Virus record (IMG/VR): IMGVR_UViG_3300031760_000003
Location: 1-64,000 of that record
Length of the DNA: 64,000 nucleotides
Direction: 5' to 3' (one strand)
Source: a virus
Taxonomy: Duplodnaviria > Caudoviricetes
This document shows, in pieces, positions 1 to 12,500 of this stretch. The translations under genes and the position numbers were made by a program. The first letter of the stretch is position 1; each line of letters opens with the position of its first letter. The notes under the pieces are model-generated. The model was not told the origin of the DNA. It saw only the letters and a list, made by a program, of their open reading frames with translations, and ran no database searches.

Positions 1-1
1 T

Positions 2-1600
2 GGCATAGTAAGTAGTGAACTACAAACATTAACAATAGATGGTATAACATATACAATTACAGGTAATGTAACTGCGAATCCTACGGTTACAGCATCAGAC
101 CCCGATTTAACATCTATTGGAATTGGCGGAACTAATTATATAATAGCTGGTGGTGGCGGAGGTTCTTCAAGATTAAGTGGACTCGTTGATGTTTCTATTG
201 ACGGTGACTTAACAGATGGACAGGTTCTCATATATAATGCCACTATGGATATGTGGACTAATGGAGAGGTTATAGCAACAGTAGCAGATATTGGAGATAT
301 CGGAAATGTTTCTTTAAACTCTCTTACAAATGGACAGATACTACAATATGACGCAACTAATAATGTTTGGGTAAATGTTAATGCTCCTAGTGGTGGTGGC
401 GGCGACCTTTCAGATTTAGGAGACGTTAATTTAGGAACTCTTGCTGATAAGCAAGTTTTACAATATGATGCGGCAACTCAAAAATGGATTAATGCGACAT
501 CTCCCGCGGGAAGTAGCTCACTTTCTACTTTAACAGATGTTAATTTATCATCTTTAACAAATGGGCAAATCTTAGTTTATGATAATAATACTCAAAAGTG
601 GGTAAATGCAGCAGCCCCAACAGGAGCAGAAATAGACGATACTGCCACTGCCGCAAATAAAGTATGGTCAAGTAATAAAACGTCAACAGAAATAAGTAAT
701 GTTCCTAATACAAATACCTATAACACATTAAATACTTCAGCAAAAACTCTTATCGGTGCTATTAACGAAGTAGCTAAAGATAAAAATATTGCTAATGAAT
801 ACGATTCTACTGCAACTTATGCTGTTAATGATTATTGTATTTATAATGGGACTTTGTATAAATGCATTGCGGCGGTCACTACCGCTGAAGCTTTTGACAA
901 TACAAAATGGTCTGCAACAAAAGTAGTAAATGAATTAAATCAAGGTGGCGGCGGTAGTTCTACGTTAAGCGGTCTTACTGATGTAGATTTAACAACTCCC
1001 GCAAATGATGAAGCTCTTATATATGATAGTACAGAGCAGAAATGGGTAAATAAACCCATTCCCGCATCAGTAGAAATTGATGATACAACAACTTCTACAA
1101 CTAAAGTATGGTCAAGTGATAAGACTTCGACCGAAATAGGTAACATACCGAATACAAATACCTATCAAAACCTTAATACAACATCAAAAACTTTAATTGG
1201 AGCTATTAATGAAACCGCTAATGATAAAAATGTTTCAGATGCTTATAATAGTAGTGCAACTTATTCTGTTGGTGACTATTGTATTTACAATACTACTCTC
1301 TATAAGTGCAATACAGATATTGATACTCCAGAAGCTTTTGATAGTACCCATTGGACTGCTACTACAGTCGCAAAAGAATTAGGGGATAATAAGATAATTT
1401 TAACGGAAACCCTTGAGGCGGGTGAGACATCGTTAACATTTACAGATGTTCGTATCCAAGATAATAGTTGGTTAACTCTTGCTCCAGAGAATGCTATTCT
1501 TTATCCTACAGGCATGAGTGCTTCTGCAGGTAGTGTAACATACACATTTGCCGCACAAGCGGAGGATGTAGTTTTTCAATTAAAAATATTTAACAGATAA
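2..1600 (+). CDS. Repeat-rich tail fibre/adhesin-like virion protein, 5'-truncated by the window
   Basis: Frame is open from position 2, in frame with ORF 245..1600. Several L-x-x-L-x-D-V...GQ(I/V)LxY...W(V/I)N repeats, two IDDT-x4-KVWSS repeats and two Y-x5-Y-x3-DYCIYN-x-TLYKC modules resembling CBM5/12 carbohydrate-binding domains. Confidence 0.65.
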   Translation, partial: GIVSSELQTLTIDGITYTITGNVTANPTVTASDPDLTSIGIGGTNYIIAGGGGGSSRLSGLVDVSIDGDLTDGQVLIYNATMDMWTNGEVIATVADIGDIGNVSLNSLTNGQILQYDATNNVWVNVNAPSGGGGDLSDLGDVNLGTLADKQVLQYDAATQKWINATSPAGSSSLSTLTDVNLSSLTNGQILVYDNNTQKWVNAAAPTGAEIDDTATAANKVWSSNKTSTEISNVPNTNTYNTLNTSAKTLIGAINEVAKDKNIANEYDSTATYAVNDYCIYNGTLYKCIAAVTTAEAFDNTKWSATKVVNELNQGGGGSSTLSGLTDVDLTTPANDEALIYDSTEQKWVNKPIPASVEIDDTTTSTTKVWSSDKTSTEIGNIPNTNTYQNLNTTSKTLIGAINETANDKNVSDAYNSSATYSVGDYCIYNTTLYKCNTDIDTPEAFDSTHWTATTVAKELGDNKIILTETLEAGETSLTFTDVRIQDNSWLTLAPENAILYPTGMSASAGSVTYTFAAQAEDVVFQLKIFNR

Positions 1601-1630
1601 GAGGTAAAAAATTAAAAAAGGAGAAATTCT

Positions 1631-2152
1631 ATGGTAACTTTAGCACTAGATTTATCGTCTAAATCTTCTGGTTGGGCGATAAAGGTGAACGATAAAATTG
1701 AATATGGATGTATTTCTTCTACCTCTACTGATACAAACAAAAGAATAATCACCATGAGAGATGGTATTCTTGAAGTAGTAAAGAAATATGGTGTTGAAAA
1801 AATAATTGCAGAAGAAGTAAGACCGGACTTACAAAATAGTCATACTCAAAAAATATTGACTTATGTTCAAGCGGCTATTGTGTTAGCGATGTATGAATAT
1901 AATAAAAAGATTCAGATTGATTTTATTCAACCTAACTCGTGGAGAAAGAAAATTGGTATAAAAACAGGAGCGGGAGTCAAAAGAGAAGCATTAAAAGCTC
2001 AAGACATATTATTCGTAAAAGAAAAATATGGCTTGGAGGTAGAAAATGATGATGAAGCAGATGCAATTTGCATTTTAACTTCCTATATAAATCCTGCGGG
2101 AAACAGTATAGATTATTCTAAATTTGAAGATGATTCTTTTAGTTTCCAATAA
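1631..2152 (+). CDS. RuvC-like Holliday junction resolvase
   Basis: RNase H-fold acidic motifs LALDLSSKSSGWA, AEE, W(R)KK, DDEADA; RBS AAGGAG. Confidence 0.8.
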   Translation: MVTLALDLSSKSSGWAIKVNDKIEYGCISSTSTDTNKRIITMRDGILEVVKKYGVEKIIAEEVRPDLQNSHTQKILTYVQAAIVLAMYEYNKKIQIDFIQPNSWRKKIGIKTGAGVKREALKAQDILFVKEKYGLEVENDDEADAICILTSYINPAGNSIDYSKFEDDSFSFQ

Positions 2153-2202
2153 AAAAAATGCCGAGATTAAGTTAATTCTTAATCTCGGCACTATTTTTTT
2201 TT
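2151..2202. terminator. Bidirectional intrinsic terminator between convergent modules
   Basis: A8-TGCCGAGATTAAG-loop-CTTAATCTCGGCA-CTA-T9. Confidence 0.85.
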
Positions 2203-2204
2203 AC

Positions 2205-4352
2205 CTAAATTCTCTCTAACGCTCTAGATGCAGAAATTGACATCATACCATTTCCGCCAAGAGGCAAGGTAAATGATTTAATTATGAAATCACCAGATAT
2301 TCTTGACTTATTATCATTAACAGCAATTCTACTATTTGCCTCAAGATGGTAAATAGGAATACATTGTAATGTAATTTGCTCATTATATGAAGTATACTGA
2401 TATAATAAATCTCTCATAACTTCCTGTGCGGTATATCCAACAGTACCTATTGATATATTTTTATAAATACTATTGCTTACTCTTGAGAAAGTTTGACCTA
2501 TTAAAGAACATTTTTTAACATTCTTATCAGCATTATCGTCATCCATATTTATCATAATAACATCCGGAATATCCTCATTATATAATCTTCTAATTTTATC
2601 TTGTTGATAACTCTTTATTCTACTTCCAATTAAATCAACAGAATAGTCATAAATTTTATCTGCGGGTTCGATATAGTCAAAGAAATACTTTAATTCATTT
2701 GGGTTTGTTGTCAAATCTGCCTTAAAAGACTTAGTTTGGAAATTATAAATATCATCAAACAAGTCAAGTAATTCTTGCTCATATACGTCAGGTCTTATTT
2801 GTTGACTCTGTTTAACCAATCCTTGAAGATATAATTCTGCTCGCCAATCTACGGGCACGTAAAGATTTATATTGGTACCAGTAAGAGTTATGGTTTTTGT
2901 TAACTCATTATATGTAGCTCTTTTCATAGTGATAGTATCACCAGAAGCTATCATAGAGCCATCACTACTAATAATAGTATTATTGCTATAACGATAGCCG
3001 CCCGCCGCCATTTCTTCTTGCGTTGCAAGTCTTAGTCTACCAGTGTATTCTCCCATATCATTTTTCTCAAAAACAACAGGATATGCATTCATCACTGTCG
3101 GCTTACGCTTTATCGCTACATGATAATGAATAACTGAGTCATCTTTATTCTTACCCCATACATGATAATCATTCTTGATATTGGCATAATTGGGTGCATT
3201 AGTATAAGATGCAACCAAACCATTACCTTCTCTGAATGAATACTCTACTTTACTATTACTTTTAACATCAAGTAAGTAATTATCATTATTCAATATAGAT
3301 GCTTCATTATTCGATACCATTTCAACGGGGTCATAGGAATTGTTTAAATAATTCTTAATCTCCTGGAAATGAAAATTACCATCTATATCAAAAAAGTATT
3401 CATAGTTTCCTAACTCTTGTTTAACTTTATCAAGTACAGTGCAGACATTATCGCCAATAGAAGAAACTAAAGAACCTGGGAAAACAAAATCTGTATAAAC
3501 ATATCCGCAATCATCATTGTATTCAAATGGTGACCATACTCCAGGATTACTTGAAGATTTTAATACACTTTTATCCATAGTGTATCTTTTATCATTGTTA
3601 TTATGATAAAGAGTACCAGTTCCCGTGAAACGAACAATTTGTTTAATCTCTAAAGGAACATCATCTATAAAGATTTTACTTATAGGGATTCCGCCATAGT
3701 TACAAACTAATGTCTGTATAATATCAAAGAATCTCTGCGGAATGGACTCTACCGAACCTACCGCCGCATAACTTGACTCTTCCCAATTAGCACCAGACCA
3801 CTTATAATATTTACCATTGTAATAATAAACCGTATAAGTATTAGGGTCTTGCGGCAATGCCTCAACTTCCGAATAACCTATTACTTGATCGTAACTATCG
3901 AAAGTAATTGATGTAGGTAAATTACCACCTTGAGTACCATTTAGCAGACACATCTTGTCTTGACAAGTTATACTAATATTTAAACCAGAAGTAGAATGAC
4001 TGTAATTAACAGATGCAATTATAAAAACTCCTAATTTAAACCAAATAATATCAGGTCTATCTGGCAGAAGTCCATCATTAGCAAGTCCCTCATAAATCTT
4101 AACTCTTTTGTTAATTGATAACAAGTTATCTACATTTTCTATTGACTCTGTTTCTTCTGCTACAAAAGTTAATGAGCAGGTTCTTCGTAATGAAGAATCT
4201 GCATTAACTTGTAAGCTACCGGTAGTAATTCTACCTTGAATTGAAGAAATAAGTTCTTCTTTTTCATTTAAAACCTCAATCTTTGCATAATGCTCTTGAT
4301 TGTGTTCAGTATCTAATATTTTTAACTCTTCTTTTGTTAATTCTCTCTGCAT
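2205..4352 (-). CDS. Tail-tip/baseplate hub-like structural protein (DUF5048-type)
   Basis: 715 aa, last gene of the tail module; GSLQVNADSSLRRTCSL and YEYFFDIDGNFHFQ segments typical of hub-type tail proteins. Confidence 0.55.
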   Translation of the reverse strand: MQRELTKEELKILDTEHNQEHYAKIEVLNEKEELISSIQGRITTGSLQVNADSSLRRTCSLTFVAEETESIENVDNLLSINKRVKIYEGLANDGLLPDRPDIIWFKLGVFIIASVNYSHSTSGLNISITCQDKMCLLNGTQGGNLPTSITFDSYDQVIGYSEVEALPQDPNTYTVYYYNGKYYKWSGANWEESSYAAVGSVESIPQRFFDIIQTLVCNYGGIPISKIFIDDVPLEIKQIVRFTGTGTLYHNNNDKRYTMDKSVLKSSSNPGVWSPFEYNDDCGYVYTDFVFPGSLVSSIGDNVCTVLDKVKQELGNYEYFFDIDGNFHFQEIKNYLNNSYDPVEMVSNNEASILNNDNYLLDVKSNSKVEYSFREGNGLVASYTNAPNYANIKNDYHVWGKNKDDSVIHYHVAIKRKPTVMNAYPVVFEKNDMGEYTGRLRLATQEEMAAGGYRYSNNTIISSDGSMIASGDTITMKRATYNELTKTITLTGTNINLYVPVDWRAELYLQGLVKQSQQIRPDVYEQELLDLFDDIYNFQTKSFKADLTTNPNELKYFFDYIEPADKIYDYSVDLIGSRIKSYQQDKIRRLYNEDIPDVIMINMDDDNADKNVKKCSLIGQTFSRVSNSIYKNISIGTVGYTAQEVMRDLLYQYTSYNEQITLQCIPIYHLEANSRIAVNDNKSRISGDFIIKSFTLPLGGNGMMSISASRALERI

Positions 4353-4366
4353 ATAGATACCTCCTA

Positions 4367-6259
4367 TTATAATCTTATAGTATGAGTATCTGCATCTATA
4401 TGAGTATGCTTACCAATCTCATGAATTGGTGGTGCATTGTTACCAATATCCTCTAAAGACGTAATCTTATATTTAAGATAATTCTTAATGGTAGGTTCTC
4501 CAATTTCTGTTGCAGTAGCATTGAAATTATATATTAATCTACCTAAATTATTTGCAGGAGAGCAAGATACATCAGTTAATCGAACTAAAATATTACCTTC
4601 CGCAAAAGATTTGTAAAGTTTTGGCTTACCATCTGTTAAGAAAGCAATAACTTTATTCCTATACTCTCTCTCATGAGTATGGTCATATTTACCCATATCT
4701 CTATCTGCATATAGTTGAGCAATCTCACTATATTCATATAACTGTTTATCTTGTAAGAATATTTTATTCTCGTCAGAATTGAATGATATTATACCTGAAA
4801 TAGATAATACCTTGTATTTATTATTACCGTTTCGATTAATGAAAGGATATACTCCACCAAGAGTAACAGATGTGCTATCTGTAACCGTCAGTTTATAAGA
4901 ACTAATCGAATCATTATAAGCTAATCTTAATTGTTGTTCTTCCTGTCCCACCAAATAAGCATAGCTAAAATCACGAATAGTCTGAACATTATAATTAACA
5001 ACATCTCCACCTATCCTCATTTTCATAAGTTTTCCGCGGTTTTCATCTGAGTCTACTGCTTGTATACCATATCGGTAAAAGACACCACTTTCAACAGTAT
5101 AATCATAATACAAATTTTCTAACTCTAAAACGCCTCCAGATATCCTATCTCTGAAATCTAATTTTTTAATATCAACCCATTTAGTAAAATTAGAACGGCT
5201 ATCAGTTCTTCTTACATAATAGATACCCGTCTTAGATGTGTCGATTTGCTCGTTGCCGCAAAGAAAATAACCTATCCTACCATCTTCGCACTCGTCAAAT
5301 TCACTTACAACAGAAATGAAATGTGCGGTAACCCTAGGGTCATAGACCTTTCTACCACTATAAACATCATAAGATGTGTCAAGTGTCATAATCTCAACAT
5401 CAGTAGAATTTTGAGTATTAGCAGTACCTTTTGCATTTATTGTTAAAGTTTCTGTGTAATCATTTATAGTATGATATTCAAAAACTATAGTATAAGTTTT
5501 TTCGGCATCGAAATCTTCTATACCACTTATATAATCAATTTTTTGATTATCAAAATTTTGGTCTGCATATAAATAACCGCTATCATCCAATAGCGTTATT
5601 CCGTCATAAATCTTTATTCTGTAGTTATACAGATTTTCAGTTGTATCTTCTTCACACTTATATTCTCCAATAAATTCAGAACCATAAATAGTATAATCAG
5701 AAGATAAATGTCTACTCTGATAACCATTGCCGTCTATACCTTTTATTGAAGTAAATATAATTTCTGGCTGTCCAATAGGCTTTACAGTACAAATTGTTGA
5801 CCACTCAGAAAAATCACTACCATGCTCAGTTAACCATGTTGACTGACCAACTGAAGAACTTTCTTCTGAAGTGTAAGTAACTTTTGACAATCTTAACTGT
5901 ATTTTATAAATCCAACCAGGACACCATCCTGAATAACTACCATCAGTAGTATTCAAGTTTTTATTTTCAATATCTATATAATATAAATTTTCCTCCCCAC
6001 TAACTGCGGTAAAAGGAACATTTAATAATATCCCAGCCATACGATAGATTCGAGGAATACTACTTTCCGCATCATCAAAAGATGCCACACATTTCTCTCC
6101 CGTCGTTTGTTTTGTAATTGATACTTGCACATTTTCAAAGTCTGCTTCGGAGTTAAACTTTGATAATGAAAAGTAAACTCTACAATACGAATTATTTCCC
6201 GCAACAAAAGAAGGCATGTAACCATCTACTATGGGTGGATAAAGTACATATGAAGCCAT
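4367..6259 (-). CDS. Minor tail/structural protein
   Basis: 630 aa, beta-rich, within the tail module; RBS AGGAGG. Confidence 0.5.
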   Translation of the reverse strand: MASYVLYPPIVDGYMPSFVAGNNSYCRVYFSLSKFNSEADFENVQVSITKQTTGEKCVASFDDAESSIPRIYRMAGILLNVPFTAVSGEENLYYIDIENKNLNTTDGSYSGWCPGWIYKIQLRLSKVTYTSEESSSVGQSTWLTEHGSDFSEWSTICTVKPIGQPEIIFTSIKGIDGNGYQSRHLSSDYTIYGSEFIGEYKCEEDTTENLYNYRIKIYDGITLLDDSGYLYADQNFDNQKIDYISGIEDFDAEKTYTIVFEYHTINDYTETLTINAKGTANTQNSTDVEIMTLDTSYDVYSGRKVYDPRVTAHFISVVSEFDECEDGRIGYFLCGNEQIDTSKTGIYYVRRTDSRSNFTKWVDIKKLDFRDRISGGVLELENLYYDYTVESGVFYRYGIQAVDSDENRGKLMKMRIGGDVVNYNVQTIRDFSYAYLVGQEEQQLRLAYNDSISSYKLTVTDSTSVTLGGVYPFINRNGNNKYKVLSISGIISFNSDENKIFLQDKQLYEYSEIAQLYADRDMGKYDHTHEREYRNKVIAFLTDGKPKLYKSFAEGNILVRLTDVSCSPANNLGRLIYNFNATATEIGEPTIKNYLKYKITSLEDIGNNAPPIHEIGKHTHIDADTHTIRL

Positions 6260-6327
6260 AAAAATCCTCCTTTTTTCTTTAACAAGAGAGTGATATTATT
6301 AAAATACCACTCTCTCATATAAAGAAA

Positions 6328-6498
6328 CTACTCCTCTTTCTCTTTATTTGCTTGTTCTTGTTGTTCTACCTCTCTTAAATAAGATTGATAGTCCTCATAT
6401 AAATCTCTGTATACATCTTTAACAATATAGTACACAGCCTCCGCGGGAAGCTGTGTACTGTTTATTAAATCAATAAGCTGTTTTCTAAATTTTTCCAT
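6328..6498 (-). CDS. Small hypothetical protein (56 aa, MEKFRKQLIDL...KEKEE), missing from the ORF track
   Basis: AAGGAG RBS, ATG at 6498, TAG at 6328; fills the gap between tail genes. Confidence 0.65.
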   Translation of the reverse strand: MEKFRKQLIDLINSTQLPAEAVYYIVKDVYRDLYEDYQSYLREVEQQEQANKEKEE

Positions 6499-6515
6499 CC
6501 TTTTATCTCCTTTGT

Positions 6516-9500
6516 TTAAAACGCATAATTTTCTGCGGCGGGCAGGTTTCCGCCTCCGCCACCTTGCATAGCGATATAATCTGCTAAACTAACGTATGTA
6601 GTTCTTGGATATAACACGCCATCAATTTCTACTGTAGGTGTCGTCTCGTCAGGAATACCGATATAGAAATTCTCTGCCTTAATTTGACAAATAAATCTAC
6701 CATCGGAACTGTTTGAGTTATCAAGATAAAATGTATCTCCCGCCTCAAATAAGTGGCTCATAATACAATAATGTTTCGTATTAATAGAACCTCTACCTAC
6801 AACAGTTTCATATTCCATCTTATAAGGGTCGTTTTCATAAAGAATACCATTTCTACCCCAATAAGGTACACTACCTATAGAACCACCTTCTGCAGTTATG
6901 ACGGTTTCCGCATCTCTTAACTGAACCGCAGAACGCTCTGATACTGCGAAGTGTCTTGAAGGTAAGTTACCAATTTCCAGACCACCTGGATCAGTGATAT
7001 CACTACCGACTCTAGCCTTAAATATATTACCAATACGAGTACCATCAGTTCCAACATATGTTGTCATTGATGTTTCTTTACCTTGAGCATTTAATATAGC
7101 ATATCTATTACTAGATTTATCATTGCTACTATAATACATAAATGCTCTTGATTTATCGCTACTTGTATTGAATTTCCAGCAAACACTATTAGTTTCAGCT
7201 CCTGTAATAGGATCTGTAGAATAAGTAACATCACCGATGGTAACATTACCAAGAATATCTACTCTGAATTGATCAGATACTAATAAACCATCACTACCAA
7301 TATAAATCTTTTTAGGATGTTCTTGAGTTCCTTCTCTATCCAATATTAAAGCAGTTTTAAGGTCGAAATTTGTACGGTCAAGATTTTCGGCTCTATGCTC
7401 ACTATAATAGAAATAAGCGGCTTTACCAGAAGCACCTAAATCCCATCTTCTGTTATACTTATCCTCGCAGATATAAAAACATAAATCTTCTTCAACCGGT
7501 TGATATCCAGGAACTACTATATTATTTCTATAATATGGTGTTATTTCGTACCATTCGTCCGCTACCTTAAAGCTAAACAAATAATATCTATTATACGCCT
7601 CGTAAATAGGATCTGAAGCTTTGTCGATACCTAATGAATTTATTTTATAAATTCGATATCTATTTGGATCTGAAGCATCTAAATTAGGTAATGTTTCAGT
7701 AGGAAGAGGTTCTAAACTACTGACTGGTTTAAGTACATCTGTATCTCCAACCTTATCTGGTTTTACAGTACCTTTAATAGAACCAAGTTCAATTTTACCA
7801 TAATTAGTATCATCTACATAAGCTCTAAAGTATTTTTTATTGTTATTACCTAAATAAAATTCATTATTATTGGCTCTAACAATTTTTCCTATACTAAGAC
7901 CCTCATCACCAAGATAAAAACCATTCTTTTCACTTTCAAAAGAACTATGGAGTCTTCTCTCGGATGCCTCTGTCAAGTCTCCACTATAACCATCACCCGA
8001 ATAAATTGCGGGAGACTTATTAGGACTATTGTAAGCAGAGTATAAAGTCATTTTATGGTTCTCAGAGAAGATTCTATCTTCACCGATACGCCATCCGCCT
8101 AACTCACTACTCTTAGCTTTAAGATAAGTTTTAACTCCATCAAGATAGTAGAAATACATATTTGTATCAGGTTCGTAATAAACCTTTGACATTAATTCTT
8201 CATCCCAGTACCAGAATCTTACTTCGGTACTATCATAGAACAGGTATTTCTCTAAATCTCTATCATAAAAATAATAATGAATAACATCATTATCATCGTA
8301 GAAATAATAGCAAACAGTATCTTGTAAACTACTAGTTGAGTCATAAGTTTGAATTGTAGTTCTTCTTACGTAAGGACCAATAGAACCAGAGTTTACTATA
8401 TTACCATTAGAATCCCTTAAGTCATATCCATCTCTACAGAAGTAAACTTGAATATCTTCTCCGTTGTCATCATAATGATAATAACCAGAACTATCAGTCA
8501 TTAGTAATGGTGTTAATGTAGATTCAAAACCATGCTTAACTATTGTGGCTTCATAATCTCCATTAGCCTCTTCCCAATAAAACTTATCATAACCATTGTA
8601 GTAATAAAGACCTGTATCATCAATATCTATAAGACCATTTTCTTCAGAATTACCAGAATCTATGTTACCGGTAGCTTCTGTTTTATCAGTTCCTCCAACG
8701 TGCATCTGACCATTCTTATCTACCCAAAAGCCGCCATTACCAAAACGAATTTCTGGAGTAGTTAAGTCAATAAGCATACCCTTTCCGGTTTCTTTATTGT
8801 AGTTAGCAGTTCCATCTGTATTCCACTCATAGAAATTACCGGAATATAGTCTAGCTACATCATCAGTAGGATCAAGTGTAATTTGTCCCGCTTTACTTAA
8901 ACCAAATTGAGCCTTTCCTGTTTTAGCATCTAAAAAGATTGATTGTCTACCAGCGCTGAAACCGAATAAACCAATTTGACTCTTAGTGCTTTCCGCAGTT
9001 TTCTTCACGCCCATCGTAATACCGGTAAAGCGATTTGCTTCGTCTTTTGCACCAGCACCAATTTGAGGGGCTATAATATATTCGCCATTTTCATCAATAT
9101 ATAATTTATTACCATCCCAATCATTTAACCACCCAAACTCATTGGTGTTAAGTCTAAATATAATTGGTTTTAAATAAACTATATAAGATGGATCAGTTAA
9201 TGTAACTATTTTCTGTCTTGCTCGGAGTATGTTATATTCCTCTAATAAACTATCTACATTGTTAATCAATTCTGAATCATGACTATCTAAATTCATAAAA
9301 GGATTTATCTTAATGAACTCTCCTGTTTCGGGGTCCATATTAATAGTTATACTATTATCAGAATAAATACAATCATAGAATGAAGATAATAAATCAACAA
9401 AATTCTTAATAAGAATGCTTTGATAATTTACGCTTGAAATAACTTTATTTTGTCTTCCCATCCAAGCACTCTGTAATTCTTCAAGAGTATAAGAATTACT

Positions 9501-12500
9501 ATCTAATAAATAAAACTTAGATAACAGATTATTTAAACTTTGCTGCCAACTTACAAAATCTCTACCGGTGCTTTGACAAATCTCGGAAAGAATTTGTAAA
9601 CTACTATACTCTTCCTTGTTTGCTAATAAATAAGTTACTTGAGCAATAACATCTGTTTCTAATTTAGAACGTTCTATTAAATCAATAGAAGAAACGTCAT
9701 ATAAGTTAGCAATTTTATCATAGATATTACTTATTGTAATATCTGTTGAACTTACCTGCGGCAAGGCGATAAAATCTGATATTTTAGAATAAATATTCTT
9801 AATAGTATCTTCTTCTTGAGCCGATAACGCTTTTATAGATGTTATTAAAGAACTTATTTCACTAACAGTATTGTCATAACTATTTATTGTATCAACTACG
9901 CTATTAGTAATTGTATTTCCATCAGTATCTGTTATAAATGGCTTTAAGAAATCTTTTGTCCATGCGGCGGTATGACCAGAGATACCTGTCGATAAAGTTG
10001 ATAAATTAGTAAGGTCACTCTTTGTAAACTTATCACTAATTAAACCGTATACCTTATTTCTTAACTTGTAAATCTCAAGTTTAGCACTTAAAATATAAGT
10101 TAAGAAATCATAACCCGCATCAATGATTTCTGCTTGTGTAGTAGTATCAAATGTAACCTGGAAAAGATGTTGATAATTATTTAAAATCTTTTCTATTGTA
10201 GATAATTTATTTAATAAATCTGAACGATATGTTAAATATGGATTATCATTATTTACATCCGCTACCCAATTAACAATTTCACTAATTCTATTTTTGTAGC
10301 AATCTTTTAATACTACTTGTAACTGAGCTTTTTCATCTTCAAGATACTGGATACAATTTTCATCTTGCCCATCTTGATTTACGCCGTTATTAATTATAGA
10401 TAATGTATTTTCATAATTTTCAGTTAAAATTGTTAAATTAGTGTATTTATCTAAGAAATATTGTAAATTAGGTATTGAAGAATTATTTAATAAATATTTA
10501 TATTCAAATAAATTTATATTATTGTTATAAATATTTTTAACTCTTGTAGATAGTTTATTATAAGTATCTAATAATTCTTGCGTTGTATAAGTTCCTAAAT
10601 CACAATTCTTAATATTAGTTAAATTATTAATGTCAGACTGTAAAACAAGAGAGATATCATTAACAACCTCTTCAGATAACTCAACAACATATGAATTATT
10701 CCAATAACTAACATCGGTATTTGTAATATATGCTGTAATTAAATCTGATAACGGTTTTACATAATTTGTTAAAATATCTTCTTTTAAGTCTTGACTTGCT
10801 TTAGTCCAAGTGGATACTTGTTTTGCGGCAGTCGCATAAGAGCTAGTATAGTTATCTAATAAGCTATACCAAGCATTATACCTGTCATCATAATCTGCAT
10901 CTTGCTCATTAAGACCTTCAATCTCATCCGTTATAACGGTAACACCAACCGCCGCATCCGCAGAGTCCGCAGAAGGTAATAAAGATTCAATTTCTGAATA
11001 ATCAGTTAAAATATCATAATTATCTATTTGAGCCTTTAATGTAGCAACTTCAGCCTCGTCAACCACAACCATAAATCTCTTTAAAAGTTCTTGGGCTTCC
11101 GCAAGATTGTGTAATGCAGATTGATAAGAACTTTCTTTTGAAGAATAATTTATATTGTTAATAGTTGGATTCTGAATTTCAAGTATTTCTTGTAAAGCAT
11201 TTATATAATCAGTATTTTCAATTAAATTTGCAGTATCTTTATATCTTCCATAAAAACTATTAGTCTTAAATATCTGAATAAGGATATCGTAAATTTTCTT
11301 TTCATAGTCTTTTAACTCTGAAATAATACTGTTTATACTTGTAGCATAATTATCATCGCCTCTATCATAGTAAGTTCTTTCAAGAGCGGTCTGATAATTA
11401 GATGTTGCTGTTTCCTTATTATTGTTTTGCTCAGTTATTTTAGCATCTACCGCATTTATTTCAGCAATAGTATCTAATTCTTTCTGAGTTGGTTCAATAT
11501 CAAAAGTAGTAGCTAAGTTTTTAAGTTCTTCATACTGAATGACGTTACGAGCTATTTCTGAAGTATCAACATCTAAACTTGTCTGTATCTCTAAAAGTTT
11601 CTCACTAACCTCTTCAGGTGTAAGAGATCCTTCTCCAGAAATATTTGGTGACATAACAACAGAAACATAGTTATTAGCCATACCATCATCATATTTACTT
11701 ACAGGTCTTATATCTGCGGAAGTCTGCTGTATCTTCTCTTTCATTAAGAGTTTTTCACTTAACCGCCATTCATAGTTAAAGCAATCTATATCTCCATTAA
11801 TCTCCATACCGGAATTAATATTGAATATTGCTCCACTATTACCTCCATCCCATTGAGGATTTGACCCATCCGCCGCATAAGTTACAATACTATATCCTTT
11901 TGTTAAAGAAGGAAAATAAGTCATTTTGTCAAATAATTCTTTATCAACCCTTATTAACTCAACGGGATAGAAAGCATAAATAACAGTATCAGCTTCTTCT
12001 TTACTACCAGAATTAATAGTAATTTTAGCTTGAATAACTAAAATTTTATTATCACCAATAGCAGTAGTATTCCAATCACTATTACGATTAGTAGCAATAC
12101 AAAGTCTACCATCTGAAGTCATTGTAAAGAATGGCTTTATTGCAGCTTCATCAAAAATGCCCCACTCGATATTATAATCAAAAGGATTAGCAACTAAAAC
12201 TCCATCTTTATAAACCTCCACTCCTAAAGGATTTAAACCTGCGGGAGGGAAGTAGTTTACATCACAAAAGTTAGAATCTATAAGGTCAGAGTTTGTAGGT
12301 AAAATGTACCAAGGACCATGCGTACTAGTATCATCTGCAATAAACATAAGTTTTAATTTCTGCTCGATACCCGTAAAGTCTTTTTTACCATATCCGACTC
12401 CATTATATGTTAATACCGCAGAATACTTAGTACCATTAGTACCATTATCGCCCTCTTTGATAAATTGTATATCCGCAGTACCAGATAATAATAAATCATT

